Source: Amphiscolops sp. MND2022
Lineage: Eukaryota
Assembly (NCBI GenBank): GCA_964187785.1
Contig: OZ076411.1
Coordinates: forward strand, 42,470,001 to 42,534,000
Reading direction: 5' to 3'
Length of the DNA: 64,000 nt
The notes beneath the pieces were generated by a model, which did not search any database, had not been told where the DNA came from, and was given only the letters and a program-made list of their open reading frames with translations. The translations under genes and the position numbers were made by a program. Position 1 is the first letter of the stretch. The number at the start of each line of letters is the position of its first letter. This document shows positions 25,875 through 40,634 of this stretch, in pieces.

Positions 25875-28800
25875 TGTGTATTCATTTTCTCACTAATGAG
25901 AAAGAAGAGGATTCATTACTTGATACTGTTGCTGTTGGTTGTACTTAAAGTTTCTGAATAAATTTATTATACTTTCCTTAAATTGTAAACTTCATTTGCA
26001 AAAATGACCGTTCAACCTTCATTTTCGTTGACTTTGATTTTTTTGTTGTGTGTTCTAAAAAAATTTAGGCAATAGGAGAATACTAGAAAACTCCAGGTTT
26101 TCTAACATCTTGATGCCGCCCGGTATTTCTTCCTTCAAGGATTGATTTTAAAGAAAATGTAGTGCTTTGTGACCGTAGTCCGGTAGTTTAACCTCAAATT
26201 GTCAGCACTTTCTTTCAGTTGAATTCACCTAATTGCTACCCTCAGTGATAACAACTTTCAGGTCAAAATTGATCTTTTTAAATTAGACAAAGTTAGTTTC
26301 GTTCTCAATTTTTGACAATTCGCGACTCCAGAGCGTCTGGAAAACAATCAATACCCTACGGATCGTTAATATAATCACAAACACAGGTTCCTTATTTTCT
26401 AATTCCATGTGAAGTGAAATCATTATAGTACTGAGTTATTGACAAAATGTATAATTTTAAATAAACATTTTCCCGCAGTGAATTTTATTGGCATTTCATG
26501 ATAATTTTCGCAAAACGCTTTAAATGAAGATGTAGAGATGCATCACAAAATTTTGTCGGTGTGATATTTTTAAAATACTGGAATAATTAGTTGACAATAA
26601 GACATTTTTGTGTAAAAAAGTGGGGATGAAATCATTGGAATTTACGGAAAGATCACTTGGACAGTAGTCCGTAAATTTTTCGAGTCTGCGCTTTATGAAA
26701 TTATTATGTTGGCTTTCCGCCTTGTATTTTTTTGAATCCAATCGAAGTGACCATAAAAATTCTGCAAAAGTTCTACATAATTTTCAATCGATTGAAAGGT
26801 CCTGCACATACGTGTTTTGACATACTTATTTGGATTAAAATTTGAGTGTTAATTCCGGAATTGTGTGACTTTTTTTCCAAGAAGTTCATTTTTCTAAAAA
26901 TTCATTTTTCATCCTCTATAGTTCTTGGACATTTTCAGATAAGAATAAAACTTTTTGAGCCCTATGGATCCCGCCTTTGGGTTTTTCCGGCACTTTGTGA
27001 CTTTTTTGAGGAAATTTTCATTTTTTAGAAGTGGTCTCACTTTGGTTTTTTTGATGTTTCTGGTGAGAAAAGGAGCATAAAAGTTGGGTCCTCTTTGGGT
27101 TTTTTGGCACTATGAGGTTGGAATTTGTTGAAATAAGAATCCGTGACGCTTCGAAAAACTTTTCCTCTTTTTAAGCCTCAACCGAGGCGCCGACTTATGC
27201 TGTTCCTGCTTGTTATATGTTCTTGAAGCGGTTGGTTAGTGATCAATACTCGTTCAAACAAACCGCAATTTCGCTTTCTCGGATTCACGGACAATTAAGT
27301 TTGCCAGGTAAAATTTTTCTCAGAAGTATCAATTATTTCAATAAACAGTTTTAAAAACTTTGCGATCGACTAATAAGGGTTATCTTGTTTCATAAGTTTT
27401 CAACTTCATCCTTTTCAAGCTTTTAGTTGTATATTTGATAATGCTATTATCCTTGACTTTTCCAGATTTCATCGTTTTTGGATGCGATAACTAGGCACAT
27501 ACTCGATAACATACTCGGCACATACGATAACTAGGGAAAATTAGTTTAAAAATTATACGAAGAAGCGAATTTCAGGTTTTGCAGCAAGACTGCAAAGAAA
27601 GCAGCAATTAATTTAGTTGACTATCGCTTCCTTGAGTTGTCAGAAAAGGTGATCATGTAGAAACATTTCCTCCAGCATTGTCAGAAGAAGAAGTGAAGGA
27701 TGTCATTATTGGCAAAATTAGCTTGTATAGCAATGATATTCAGACGGTACAGTATACTATAGCATAACTATAGTGCTGCTTCCTAACAAAGCTAAACGTT
27801 TCTCCAATTCCATTTAGCATCTTCATGTCTCCGGTGGATTTAGCTTTCCTCAAATTAAAGTCCCTTCGGGTATAAAACAGGAAATACATTGATTTGTTTA
27901 AATGTCATTACTCAACGCCCACGTGAAATCATTACCTAAATTTTCACCCTCTAAAAACCATGCATTTTGTTTAGTTTCAAGTTACAATTTCCTTTCCTCA
28001 ATGATTCCTGCAAAATTTTTGCAACAATCTCAGACCTTTTAATTGTTTTGAAAATTTTCATTATTTTTAAGAGTATTGAATGATAACAGTATTCTCCAGA
28101 AAAAAAAGTAAAAGGCAGGCACAAATTTCCGGGTCTGATTGGCATGAGTAATACTATTTGGCGAGTGAGAACCTGGAGGCGACAAAATCAGGAATATTGT
28201 GTCTTTTTTTGCATTTGTTCAAATATTGCGTTCTTTGAAAAAATGTAGCAAACATGGAGAAAAATCTCAAGGAAACACCAGTTTTTGAAAAATTGTCATG
28301 TTAAATAAAAAATATATTTTCAATGTGCGTGTATTTTTTGGTAGGTGACATAAATTACGAATGTGTTGATGTAAGGAAAAATCTCTGCGGTAAGGAATTG
28401 AGCTTTTTCAGACATTTCATGAGAATTTTTTTGCCTAAATTTGCTAAATACGTACATAGCAGACAGAAATTCAAGAAGAAAAAAAGACCATTTGATCAAA
28501 AATTAACGAATAAAAGCGTAAAGTGAGAAAAAATTGTAAACCTAAAAAAGATCTGAGTATTTGAAAAAATTGAAACTATTCGTCAGATATTTCCAGATGT
28601 GAAGGGAAAGTCCCCCCCTTATTTCGCCCACGATGAAGGTGCTTCCTGAGATATCAGCTACCATAAAATTAGTTTCGTAGCATTAGATATTGCTATTTTG
28701 TAATATTTGAGAGATTTGAAAATTTTAGTAAAAACGCTTGTACAGATGCAGATGAAATGGACAAAAATGACCCAAAAACGACACCGAAAAACACGAACAC

Positions 28801-29229
28801 TTCCACTTTTGACAAATTTCATGCAACTTTTGTACAGTTAAAGAAAAATTTCGTGGGTTTCACAAACATTTACAAAAGATAACGCTAAAACAATTCGCTA
28901 CAAAGCACCCTTTTTAGTAGGGAAAACAAGTTCTACTTTCAAAAAGGCCCAAAGAAAACTTCTCAAGTTTAAATCATTTTGAGGATTTTTGGCGAATTTT
29001 AAAAATGTTTTGGGAAGTATGAATATCCACAGAGTTCAAAAACAAAACATTTTTAAAATTTAAAATGTGTTTTCCAAAAGAATTCAAAAAATGATCTTCT
29101 GAACGAACGATATGTCGAAGTGTTGGAAAAAAGCAGAAAAATGTTCGTCTGATAGGCCAGAGAAACTATCAACAAAATTTTTCGGCGACTCAATGAAAAA
29201 ACCATTTTTGTCAAAAGAATAGAAAAAAA

Positions 29230-29461
29230 TTCTCACAATGCCGAAAAAACTGAAAGGGGGGACTCTTTAGTCTCTCCCGGTATGGTATGTTACGCGGAAA
29301 AAGAGGAAAAACCTTTTCGGTTCAGTTCGCTAGGCCAAATGATTCAGTTTGGGACCATAAAATTTTGTAGAACTATTTTTGTCAGTTCGCGTGGATTGAA
29401 AAAAAATAGAAAAGAGTCACTATAATAGTCGCGTTTCACTTCATGAAGCGCCTACTAAAAA
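29230..29461 (+). mobile_element. GTCGGCGC/GCGCCGAC-family repeat, 3' part
   Basis: TCTCACAATGCCGAAAAAACTGAAAGGGGGG and ATAGTCGCGTTTCACTTCATGAAGCGCC-ACTAAAAA; nearly the same as about 32300-32549. Confidence 0.6.
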
Positions 29462-31857
29462 GACTTATTTCCAGCAAAATCATTTTTCATGCAAAAATGA
29501 CCAAAATGTTACTATAAGCTATTATCAGCAATTTCGAAAACTACTGCAGCAAACCAAGTTCACAACTTTTTATTAACAGTTCTACCAACCAAGAAGGCCA
29601 CTGCATTCCTAATTTCATCCGGAGGTGCCGTGACAATTGAAGTTTGACCAGCGATGAAAGTTTGAAAATTGTTCATTTCAATGACACCTTCATCTGATAT
29701 AGCTTACAGCATGCGTTATAACCCGAAAACTGAAGTAATATCATCAAAGGAACAATGCATAGACTTCAATCAAACCAGTTCAGATTTCTTGCCTCTTTTC
29801 GAATTGAATTTAAATTATTCTTTTCCTCGTATAAAGAATGTTAATTAAAAAAACTACTGTATCTCAGTAATTGGCGTTTTCTGGAACTGAATTCAATATG
29901 GCAACGAAAAACATTTCTCTTCAGCTGGCGCTATGCGCAGCATGAAAAAATCCACAACTCAGTGGCAAATTTGTTTCTTCAGTCACCGTGAAACGTCCAC
30001 TTTCATAAATTTTGAAAGGGTAGTTACTTCTGAATGGAAGCGGCCGATCGAGCGTGTTTTGGTCTAGTGGTTAACGCGGTTTTCAAGGTCTGGTGACGAG
30101 GCCTCAGAAGCACTACACTAGGGTGAGTTGTTATTTGTGTCTGTAACGGCAAGCTGTTATCGGTCGCTTAACACGTTAACAGAAGTGGAGGAACCTGCAG
30201 AAATGGGTAAATCGCTCGGGACGGGCGCCCATCGCCACAGATCCATTTTGCCTCCAGGGGTGAAATACGTCCCGAGGCTGTGGGTGCTTCGACGAATACT
30301 GTCCAACCGGTCCTAGTCTTTGATTGCTAATAGTAACGGGCATCTTCCTGACTCTCTAAAGACCACCGTTTAACTAGCCTTTAAAACAATGCCAAGAATA
30401 AGGTGAATTTCCAATTCCAGGGTAACAGGTAATAAGTTCTAAAATGGGTAATAACGTCTAAAATGCCAAAACTAGCGCTCGAGCTAGCTAAAACCAGTGG
30501 AACTACATCAGAACAAGCACGAATATGGCAAACCACACAGCTAAAAGCTGGGGCGCAGCGACTCCAAGCACCAAACAAGGATAATTAAGCTACAGGACTC
30601 ATTTTGCTGGTTTCCGCTACTTAAGGTAGCATAATGCTAAAATCAATGAAAACCAAGATTAGCACCTGAAAAAGAGTCTTTCTCTAGAGTTTATCTACGC
30701 CCTCAAGCTTTTTCGTTCTCTGTCTTCTCGCTCGGTCTTGCTCGGTCCTCGTTTTGCATTGGTTATGGCAAAAACAGCGAAAAGAGGAATCACATGCTCC
30801 TTGCCAAGTCACACAGCGAATTAGAATTTTTGACAAAATTTCTGAATATGTCCAAGTCGCAAAATCGCTGTACCAGAGGTTCCCGTTACAGTCAATATAG
30901 CTTTTTCCGAGCCACTCGCAAAGAAGTAACTGGAAAAAAAGTGAACATTTGCTAAAAATTACCCTTCAAAAATTTGCTATTTCTCAATAACTGAGCAACT
31001 GTTTGCTAAGTTACTATCTTATTCTAGTAACACAGTAGGCCACCATTGAAAACGCATATAGAAGTTTTTTCAATGAAGCTTCAGCTATTAGTACGGCCGA
31101 CATTTGAAAGGACCGGCAAAGCGTCTCATCCCAACAAGTGGCGCCAACTCCCAGCCTAATAGTATGCATTTGAACAATACGTGGCCGAACTTTTGTCAAT
31201 TTTTCAACTTCTCGGTGCACTGTCGAGGTTCATTTGGTAATGCAGTCGGACTTCCATATAAGGAACCATCAGTATAACGTAATTCTCGTTATAACGCAAT
31301 TTGATTTCTAAACCAATGGATGACTGATGAATGACTGGATGACTAATAGGGGATGACTATATAGGCAAAGAAAACGCGGTTGAAAAAATCCACTAGTCAT
31401 ATAAGACGTTCCGGCAATAATTGTATCTAAAACTCAATTTTCTACTTCCGCTTTTCATTGATAAATTTCGATCTTCACGTTATAAATGCTGGTGCTAAGA
31501 GCATGTAAACAGCGAGACGATCGTTGAACACCGTGATTCTTCCAGCTTCAATTTATTATAGCAGCGATATACTTTCAGGGCTGGAAAGTAACTGATGAAA
31601 AAAAGAACTGGCAAAATTTAAGAAAAATTTGAAAACTTTGGCCTTTTCAGTTCATTGCCTAAAACATTTTATACTTTTCAATACGCAAATTTGCTAAGCA
31701 GCTGCTCATTTTGTTTTTGACCTCTAGGGCAAATTGTATAAAACAATAGCATAGAACAGCTGAAGATGGTGAAAAAGAAAAATAACTACATCCTTCTTGG
31801 ATAATATCTGCCGATAGCCAATATGTCAAAATAAGTGCAGCCACCCAATATATTTTA

Positions 31858-32549
31858 AAACAAGCCGGGACCGGCCCAAGTCGGCGCCATATCCAAGGCT
31901 CAAAAATAGCAAAAAGACTTCCAAGTGTCAAGTATTCGTTTACAGTAGTCGAAAATCAAAAATTTTTCGAAATTTTTTTTTTGAAAAAATTACATACTAA
32001 AAAAATGGACCGAGTGGCGCGCCGGGGCCCGCTAGCGCGAGCCCCTGGCGCGCTAAAGTCTCACAATGCCGAAAAACTGAAAGGGGGGACCCTTTGAGGT
32101 TTTTCAACATCCATTCTGTCGCAAAACATGAAAAAATTGAAGAAAAATTTTTTTTTCTTTTCGGGAGAAAATCTCACAATGCCGAAAAAAACTGAAAGGA
32201 GGAACTTTTTGGGATTTTCCAACATCCATTCTGTCGCAAAACATCAAAAAAATGCAGGGGGGACCCTTTGAGGAAAAAAAATTTCGAAAAAAAAATCCGA
32301 AAAAAAATGTCTCGCAGTGCCGAAAAAAATTGAAAGGGGGGACTCTTTGGTCTCGCCAATATCGGTATGATATGTTACGCGGAAAAACAGGTAAAACCAT
32401 TTTGGTCCAGTTCGCTAGGCCAAATGGTGCTATTTGACACCATAATATTTTGTAGAACTTTTAAGAACTATTTTGGCCAGTTCGTGTGGATAGAAAAAAA
32501 AGAGTCACTATATTAGTCGCGTTTCACTTCATGAAGCGCCGACTAAAAA
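31858..32549 (+). mobile_element. Near-complete GTCGGCGC/GCGCCGAC-family repeat copy
   Basis: AAACAAGCCGGGACCGGCCCAAGTCGGCGCCATATC start, tandem internal AAAGGGGGGACCCTTT units, GAAGCGCCGACTAAAAA end. Confidence 0.65.
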
Positions 32550-32699
32550 TCTCTGAATTAACCTTTGTTGATAAAACAAGAAATTGGTTTAAGAAAACAA
32601 AGCAGTGTAATGTTTAAGAAGGGTAATGTAATTAAAATCTTACACATTGGATATTCAAAAAACAATTGAGTAAAACGGAAATTATTCCGACACTATTTG

Positions 32700-34950
32700 C
32701 TGTAACCCTGTGGTATGTCGATTTCGTTTGCGAACTTCTCCTGGAAAAAACTCTTAATCTTTCGTTTCATAGTAGCGTAGGTATAGTTTTTTATTTCCAC
32801 TTTGTCTGGTAAGGTGTTCCATAGTGGGACTACTTCATTGTAGAAGCAACTTTTCATGACTTCATTTTCGCGTGGCGAGGTTCACATACAATTTGCTCGT
32901 TCGCTCCTGATTTTTGATAAAAGCTGAAGCTGGTTTTTTCGTTTGCAAAAGTGGGTAACATTCCATGCCTGAGTTTCAAAAAGTACAGAACAGATTTGTA
33001 CTGAAGGAATTATCGAATTGGTAGGATTTTATGGTAGATCTTCAGGTCTGAAGAGTGATCGAATTTGTATCTGGTGAAGCAAGCTTTTACTGCCCAACTT
33101 GATTTTTTTTCAAGAGTTGTGAGTAGGTTCTCCGTTATTCCATTCAATAGTACCAATGAATACCGTACACGACAGATTACCAAAGCATTGAGTAGTAAAA
33201 CACCAGTTTTTCCCGGAAATAAAACCCGTACCGAGTATTTTAATTAAATACCACAAGCAATTTTCATCAATAGGTTTTTGACCTTATCTTGATAGGTTAA
33301 GTTTTGATCCAAAAATACTCCTAAATATTTCTGAATGTTTCCAAAAGAATCGAATGCGAAATTGAATCGAATGCTTTAGAGAGATCTAGGAATGCTGCGC
33401 TTACATATTCATTCAGATCTTTTTTCTAATATTTTCAGAAGCGAAATGTAACGCATTTGACAAAAAACCAACCTGAATACAGAACTGAAAAGGGCCCAAA
33501 ACATTGTTTCTATTCGAAAAGGTATTCATTTGATCTTTTATAGTTTTTTCAAAAAAGTTCGAAAGCTGGAGCTATCGAGATGGGTCTGTAGTTACATGGG
33601 TCATCGCAGTCTTCTTTTTTGAAGATTGGTATGACATAGGTTTGTTTCAAATGATTAGGGAGCAAGCCTTCTTCTAGGAACGCGTTCATCAGAATGGTGA
33701 GAGGTTCAGCAAGAACAACTGAAGAGTCTTTTAGTGCCCATGCTGGGAAGTTTGAAGGACCTAAGGGTTTATTGATATTCAAACTTTTGGTTTGTTTTCG
33801 ACTTTCATAAATGCTTATGGGCGGAATTCATCATTGATTAGGTGAGTAGGAGATGAATGTTTTCACAACTCCTGAGTAACCGCCTAATTTGGAGAAACGA
33901 TAGTTCACAAGGTTGGCCATTCGGAGATCGTCAGTTACAATATCACCAAAGCAATTTTGGGCTATGTATTCAAACATTTGTGCCCTAAGTATTTCGGGCT
34001 CCGTTGATAAAGTTCCACTTACCTTCTTCGGATGTAAGACCATTGAACAGTTTAAGTTGGTGTTGAATTTTGTCCTGATTAATGTTTTAAAGAAACTGAT
34101 CACGTTCTATACAGTGGGGATCGGTCGGGTTAGCATTGCGATTGATTTCTTGATGCATGTTTTTGTTTCTTTCTTCACATAATTCTCATGTAACGTTAGG
34201 ATGCTTTTGTCGTTTCGGATTAAAACCTTTTTTGTACTAATGCATTTCCTAAGAGTGTTTTCGATTATATCCCTGAAAAGTGTGTACATTCAATCAGCGC
34301 AATTTTGACTATAAAAAGCGCTCCAATCATTTCGTGATTCTCGAAAATGTTCTTTCCTGTAATTGCTTTTATCGAAAATCTCTTTGATAAACACTCTCGA
34401 TCGTGTTTTCATGACAGCATTGTTGATCACGAAAGTACTAGCCCGACGATTAATTTCTGCTTTCTTAGGAGTTCTCAATGGGGTGTCGGATACAATGGGC
34501 TCAAAAGTGTCTGCGTCCAAAATCCGTAATGATATAATCAATAAGTGTTTTTGAAATTCCCTGTACTCGAGTCGGAGGTTCCGTATTGACAATGGTTAGA
34601 CCATAAGTCACGATAACGGATTCCAGGCAGAGTTTTCGCCTTGGTTTTGAAGCAATCGATATTAAAATCGCCTATTAAAATCATTTGTTTGTTTTCAGTG
34701 ACTACAAAGTCGATGCTTGTAGATAATTCTTCGAGGAAAGGATATTTTTCGGAATTGTAACTGATATTGATAAGTTGTTTACACTTGTTAGCCGCATCAC
34801 TTGTTATATTAGTTGAGACCCAAAGGCTTTCAAAGAACTCCTTGTTCAGATGATTCAAGTCTTTTCGCAATTTAGGTTTGAGAGATTTTGGGATAACAAG
34901 CATGACTCAACCATATTTATCTTTAAGCGACGTTTTCCTATCTAATCGAA
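32700..34950 (-). pseudogene. Degenerate APE-RT LINE ORF2 (CR1/L2/Jockey-like)
   Basis: MILIGDFNID (endonuclease), KPLGPSNFPAWALK..YVIPIFKK..NYRPIS (RT start, ORF 33549-33782) and C-terminal FYNEVVPLWNTLP (about 32810-32850); many frameshifts. ORFs at 35076-36371 may be its 5' part. Confidence 0.8.
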
Positions 34951-37900
34951 ATGTTTTGAAAAATCTTCACAAAGTTGCCAAAGTTCTCGCTGTCAGCTTC
35001 TTTTAACCAGGTTTCAAAAAAACCAAAAATTGCCTTGTTCCCAAAATCTTGTAGTAAAATTTCAACTTGCCTTTTTTACTGCGCAATGCTTTGGCAATTG
35101 AAAGGGAAAAATTTTAAGGATTTGCTTCCTCGGGTGAAGAGTTCGACGGTCTTTTTGAAATTACAGGAAGGGCTTGGATTCAATTCTACGTCACCTGACA
35201 TTTTATTCGATATTGATTGAACTTGTTGGAACATATAATTATTGGCTGTCACTAGTTTAGTGTGTTTCAACCCACAAGATTTAATTTTATCGAGAAGTGT
35301 TGGATGATTGAGTGTGATTAGGTGAGTAAAACAATGGTATGGGTTTACGCTTACACAAGCTTTCTCATATCGTGAAGTTGCGTCCAGCAGAAAAAGTCCA
35401 AAGATCAGCATCTGGAATGATATATTGACGACGAAACCAATCAAAGTTGAGTTGAAAAGTTCCTGAATCTTCCATAGTTGTATTCACCATTATAGTTATT
35501 TGTTTGCTTAGGGTACCATATGTCTCTTTGTTGCAGTGAATATTGTCTATGTTGATACTAGTACTTTTGCAAGGAGACTTGTTTCTGGTCAACAGGAATT
35601 CCTTTTGAGGTTATGAGTAGGGAAGATAATAGGAGACTTTTCACAAATGGTATTTCGGAATTGAAATCCAGGTGATTATCATCATAGTATAATGAACTAT
35701 AATCGGTATTGTTTCTGAGTGACTGTGCTATCGAGAAAACTTTCAGGTTTGTATTCAGATCAGATGTTTCAGAGAAATTAGATAGCAATTCAATAAACTC
35801 TTTGATACCCTCGTTTGGACTGTTACTGTATTCTTTTTTCTCTCGGTGGAGGTACTTCACAGAACACCAAGTTTTCTGGCTGGAATTTTTGGAACAACTT
35901 AGATCAGATTTTGGTAAGTCTCCAGTGTTGAGTTTTGATATCAGGAGAATTTTCCACAATTGATATTTTCTCTTCAGTGGTTGCTCCTTCCTATTCATGT
36001 ATTGCTATATCTTGGGGAATGTTTCTATCTTTCCATAAAGAAGCTACAATGCTACTTCCCGAAACTAAATTGGATTGTTTCTCCTTCAGCGTGAAATAGT
36101 TAAATGTTCCAACCTTGTTGATCCGGTTGGTACTACCTGGGTTGACTGAAGATTCCATTGGAATAGTTGAGCTAACCTCTACAGCAGACTGAACTTCGAT
36201 TGTTTCTCTGCGTTCTTTTTTCTCGTTAATTGCTTTCAGATAGTTTTGAATAAATTGGTTTTTCTGAACATTGGCTTGGTAAACCTCACAGTGAAGATGA
36301 TAAAATTCGTTATTTGTAAGTTTCTCAAATGTTGAAAAGGCTATCGTATTATTTAAACAAGGAGCCCTCATAGTTATTTCAGAATCAGATTTTTCTTTTC
36401 AGTAACTCGAACTTAGTAATCTTAGTAATGGTCCATGTTTAATTTTCAGAACAACATTACGTAATTCTTGACCAACTGTTTCATATGAGATCATTGCGTG
36501 TTGTGATATTAATCGGGTATGAAACTGAACACGGCAAAAATTGAGGTCGTGGCAGTAACTCTCGATAATTGCTCGTTTATTTCAAAGATATCTTTTTAGA
36601 GTAATGTCTAGAGCATGTTTTCTGACCAGGACTATATACCTGACCATTTATTTAGTCTTCCAGCAACGCGGAAAACGTTCTCAGATTTTTCTTGCTTTTG
36701 AAATATTTAGAAGGATTGGATATAACGCAGCAATTCGGGATGGTACTAGGTTCACTCAGAATGCACTGTTTCGAAACATTTTGTAAGGTTTTTGAATAGA
36801 ACCTTTATCGCTGCTATTATTTCCGTCCATATTTTATATGGGAAAGGAAAATATTTTTTCAAACAAGATTTTTATACAAAATTTGCCATTATCAGAACTT
36901 ATATACAAGTTAAAGGGTCTCACCCTGACGTAAATTATTATCTAACGTAAAGTTATTATCATGCGATATGTATTTGTATTGTATGATATGAGATTTTTGG
37001 ACTTTTTTAGTTGCCCCACAAATACCCCGAATGACCACAAAAGTGACAAAAACTGAAAACTTTTCTGATTTCAACGTTTTTATGCACTTTTTGTCAAATT
37101 TTCGAAACTTTTCCTAGCTTAGAATACTGAAAACGTTCAAAAGGGAGAAATCCAAGAGGATTTTTGGAAGAAATAAATGCGATTTTTCAATGACAAAATG
37201 CCTCAAATCAAAACTGAAATCGACAGAAATTACAAAATGTTCAGATTTTACCGTTTTTATGCAACTTCGGTCAAAATTTCGATAAACTCGCTGGCTTAGA
37301 TTGTTAAAAACGTTCAACAAGGAAAAAACTGCTTGTCCAATAGGCTTTTTTGGAGAAATTAGTGCAACTTTGTTGAAACAAAAATATGCCTCAACTTCTG
37401 ACCGAAATTGACAAAAAGTCCAAAAAACTCTTTTTTAAACCGTTTTGAGACAACTTTTGTCTGATTTTCGAAAGATTTGGTGGCTTAAAAAGTTGCAATT
37501 GTTCAACAAGGAAAGAATTCGTTGTCCAGTAGGATTGTTCGAGGTGATAATTGCAGTTTTGTCAGAATAGAATGCCGCAATTCTCCAAAATGGTTTTAAA
37601 AAATCTTTTTTTATTACAATTTTAGATTTTCTAACGCTTTTTCTCAAATTTCCAACGATAGATTGCATAAAGTAGAACTCTGAAACCACTCAACATCGAA
37701 TTCGGTAACCAGTAAGCTTTTTGAAGGGCAAAAATGAAGTTTTTGAACGGAATATGATTGAAATTGACCTCAAAAAATCAGAACGCTCCAGATTATGTAG
37801 CTTTTTTGTTATTTGAGTACAATTTTTGAGCATTTTTTGTGTTCGAAGGTTCAAAACAATCGAGGGCGAAAAACGGATGTATTATATTTTTTATTGAAAA

Positions 37901-39065
37901 AATTACAGTAGTTTACATCGGAAACACTTCAAGCCGACCTCAGTGAATCAGATAAAAGAAAAATACTTTTAAGATAAAGAAAGACTCGAAATTTTCTATT
38001 TTTTGATATTTTCAGTGATTGTTTGTGAAACTTCGTTGTGAATAGGATGGTCCTCAAGCTTGTTGCCAATTCCGTGATTTTCGTTTGTTAGAACAAAAAA
38101 GCATTTGACAGCAAACAAACTTAATTTAGAGTAGTCAAATCGAAAGTCAATGGCAATTTCTTTTTGGAAAAGAGCTTCAAAATGACCAGAATAAAAGCCG
38201 AAAAGTTTTTACGAGTTTTTGTAACACGTTTTTTTTAAAATATCGAAAGATTTTGTGAATTAGAACTTTGAAGCGTTTCATCAACATTTCAATGGAATGT
38301 CCAGTACGCTTTCTGAAAAAATAAATACAATCTATTTTTTTTAAAAAAAACCAAAAAATCGAAAACCCAAGTTATTCCAGTTAGTCGTTTTCATGCAATT
38401 CGTGAACAATTTTCGAAGATTTTCAACACACTCAAAAAACGAACAAACTAGTTATGCAGTTTGCTTTTTTGAAAAGACAGCTGCAGTGTTCTGCTTTAAA
38501 AACACTTCAAAAATGACGTCAAAAAAGAAAAAAAATCTGATGAGTCGGAAAACCCGATAAGTCGGATTTAAATGAGTTTTGGAAAGTTTTACACTGTGGA
38601 AATAATCGAGAAAAGTCCTTTCAGGCTCGAACAATGCTTTTCTCCATCTTAAACTGTCGAATCATCTTAAGAACTACAAAAAACAATTGAGCACTTAAGA
38701 ACTGAAAAAATGCTGCATGGTGCCCAAAAATCCATTAGAGGGACCTTTCTTTAAGTTTACCAAGCAGGGAACGGCCAAAATGGTTGCTATATCTTAGGCC
38801 CAAAAAACGCAACGTTTTTAACTTTCAAAGTTGTAAAAGGTGGACCCCTTGGCCTTTTTGAAACTCCAGTTTGTGGCAAAAATTGGAAAAAATGCAGAGG
38901 AACTCTTTTTTTAGTTTGATTCTAAAAAAAGACATGACTCTAGTTTCCATGAATTCATTTTGTTTTGCTACAGTTTTTTTTCAATATTGTTCCAAAATTC
39001 TAGTATTTTGTCTTCAAATTTTCTCAAGAAGTTGTCTGTTTGAGCAGTCGTTCTTTAATATTGGC

Positions 39066-39480
39066 TCATAAATTCTCAATAGGGTCCAGGTCAGGGCAAT
39101 ACGCGGCCCAATGCAAGATTTTCTTGCTGTATTTTGCAAAGTAATCCATGTTCTTTGCTTCATAGATAGGGGCGTTTTCTTGGAGATTTTCTTGGTTTTG
39201 CTGCAAAACTTTTAGATAATTATCACAGCTCATGTTCTTCGAGCCTTTAATCAGCAATTTGCGGCCATCAAAACGTATTGCTCCCCAAAAAATGAGCAAT
39301 CGTTTGTCTCTGCTAACTTTTTCAAGTTTTCTACATTGTACCTTGTTCTATTTTTTCTTAAAACTCACAATCCCATCACTTGTTAGTCTTACACGAGATT
39401 CGTCGGTAAAGACCACATTCTAACAGTAACTGAAAGGCTTATTTTTCATCAATTTACACCATTTTTGACGGTTAATCTTG
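39066..39480 (-). pseudogene. Tc1/mariner transposase remnant
   Basis: VVFTDES (about 39397-39417), FWGAI, LQENAPI and WAAYCPDLDPIENL. Confidence 0.8.
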
Positions 39481-40634
39481 TGTTCGCGCATAAATTTAAC
39501 TTTCGCGCAATCCGGCTTCTATTTCCGTGTTTCCTTAAAATCTTTTATGGGATTCTTTAAAATATTGGTCACGAGCCTTTCATCTTTTTCTGTATGTTTT
39601 TACTGCCAGTAGGTTTCTTGGGGATGTAAGATTTTTTTGTAACGTAAGTAAGCATTTGAAACTGTAGGTTTCGATTCAATTTCGAGCTTCTCTTGTATCT
39701 CTCGGTAAGAAAATCCAACATTTTTAATGTAACAATTTGACAATCAAAATTAAAGTCGAGCCATTTTCGCATTTTCACAAGAAAAAGATTGTTTGAAGTG
39801 TAAGCTTTGAACAATGTGAACTTCCGTTTTAAAATGAGACTGATCTAAAAAGTTGAGGTACCTATCTTTTTAATACTATAGTGTATATAGTTCTTTGATT
39901 TAGCTGTAAAGCGAGCGTTGCATTCAGTTTTTCATTTTGTTGTAACGTAAACACCGTACTTGCTTTAAAACCCTCCAGGAATCAACCGCGGCTTATATAT
40001 CGCGACTAGTGTGGCCTTTTTAATGCAGCAACTACGAAAGATGTGACACGTAAATGAATTTTATTTCATACAAGCCGTAGTTACCAAGAAGCCGCGATTT
40101 ATTTGCAAGAAGGCGGCATCTATGCAAAACTCGATCCGCACACGTAATTTAGACGTTTATAAGCCTCACACAGATATCAGCATTGGCTTTCCAGCAACTG
40201 TGCCTATTCAAGGAAATTTATAGAACTTTTGGATAAGAATAACAATCGATAGACTGCATGGCGGCTTTAGTTGAATTCAAAATATTTTACGCAAACCTTT
40301 AAAATTGTTCCCATTTTCTCAGGAGCTTTCAGATGATTCGGAATTTAACTCGAATGTAATGAAATGATCTCAACTTCTTCCCTTCAAAAATTTTTGGATA
40401 TTTTCTCGATTCTCATCAATCTTCTAAATCCCAGGTCATCAACGTCTAAAAGCTTTTTGATTGCATTTATTTTTAATAGAAAGCTACCTTTGTTAACGAA
40501 GTTTTACAATAATGAAACAGCTTTGAAATAAAATTTACATTGACTTCAATTTATGTATTGCCATTGAAATAGCATCTAATAAATGAACAAAATTCATGAG
40601 TATCGGAATTTTCAGCGCAACAGACCTGTCTAGT

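Noticed and set aside
30050-30650. A-box-like TGGTCTAGTGG followed by a GC-richer body (possible SINE)
   Set aside because: No convincing B box, tail or second copy in the window.
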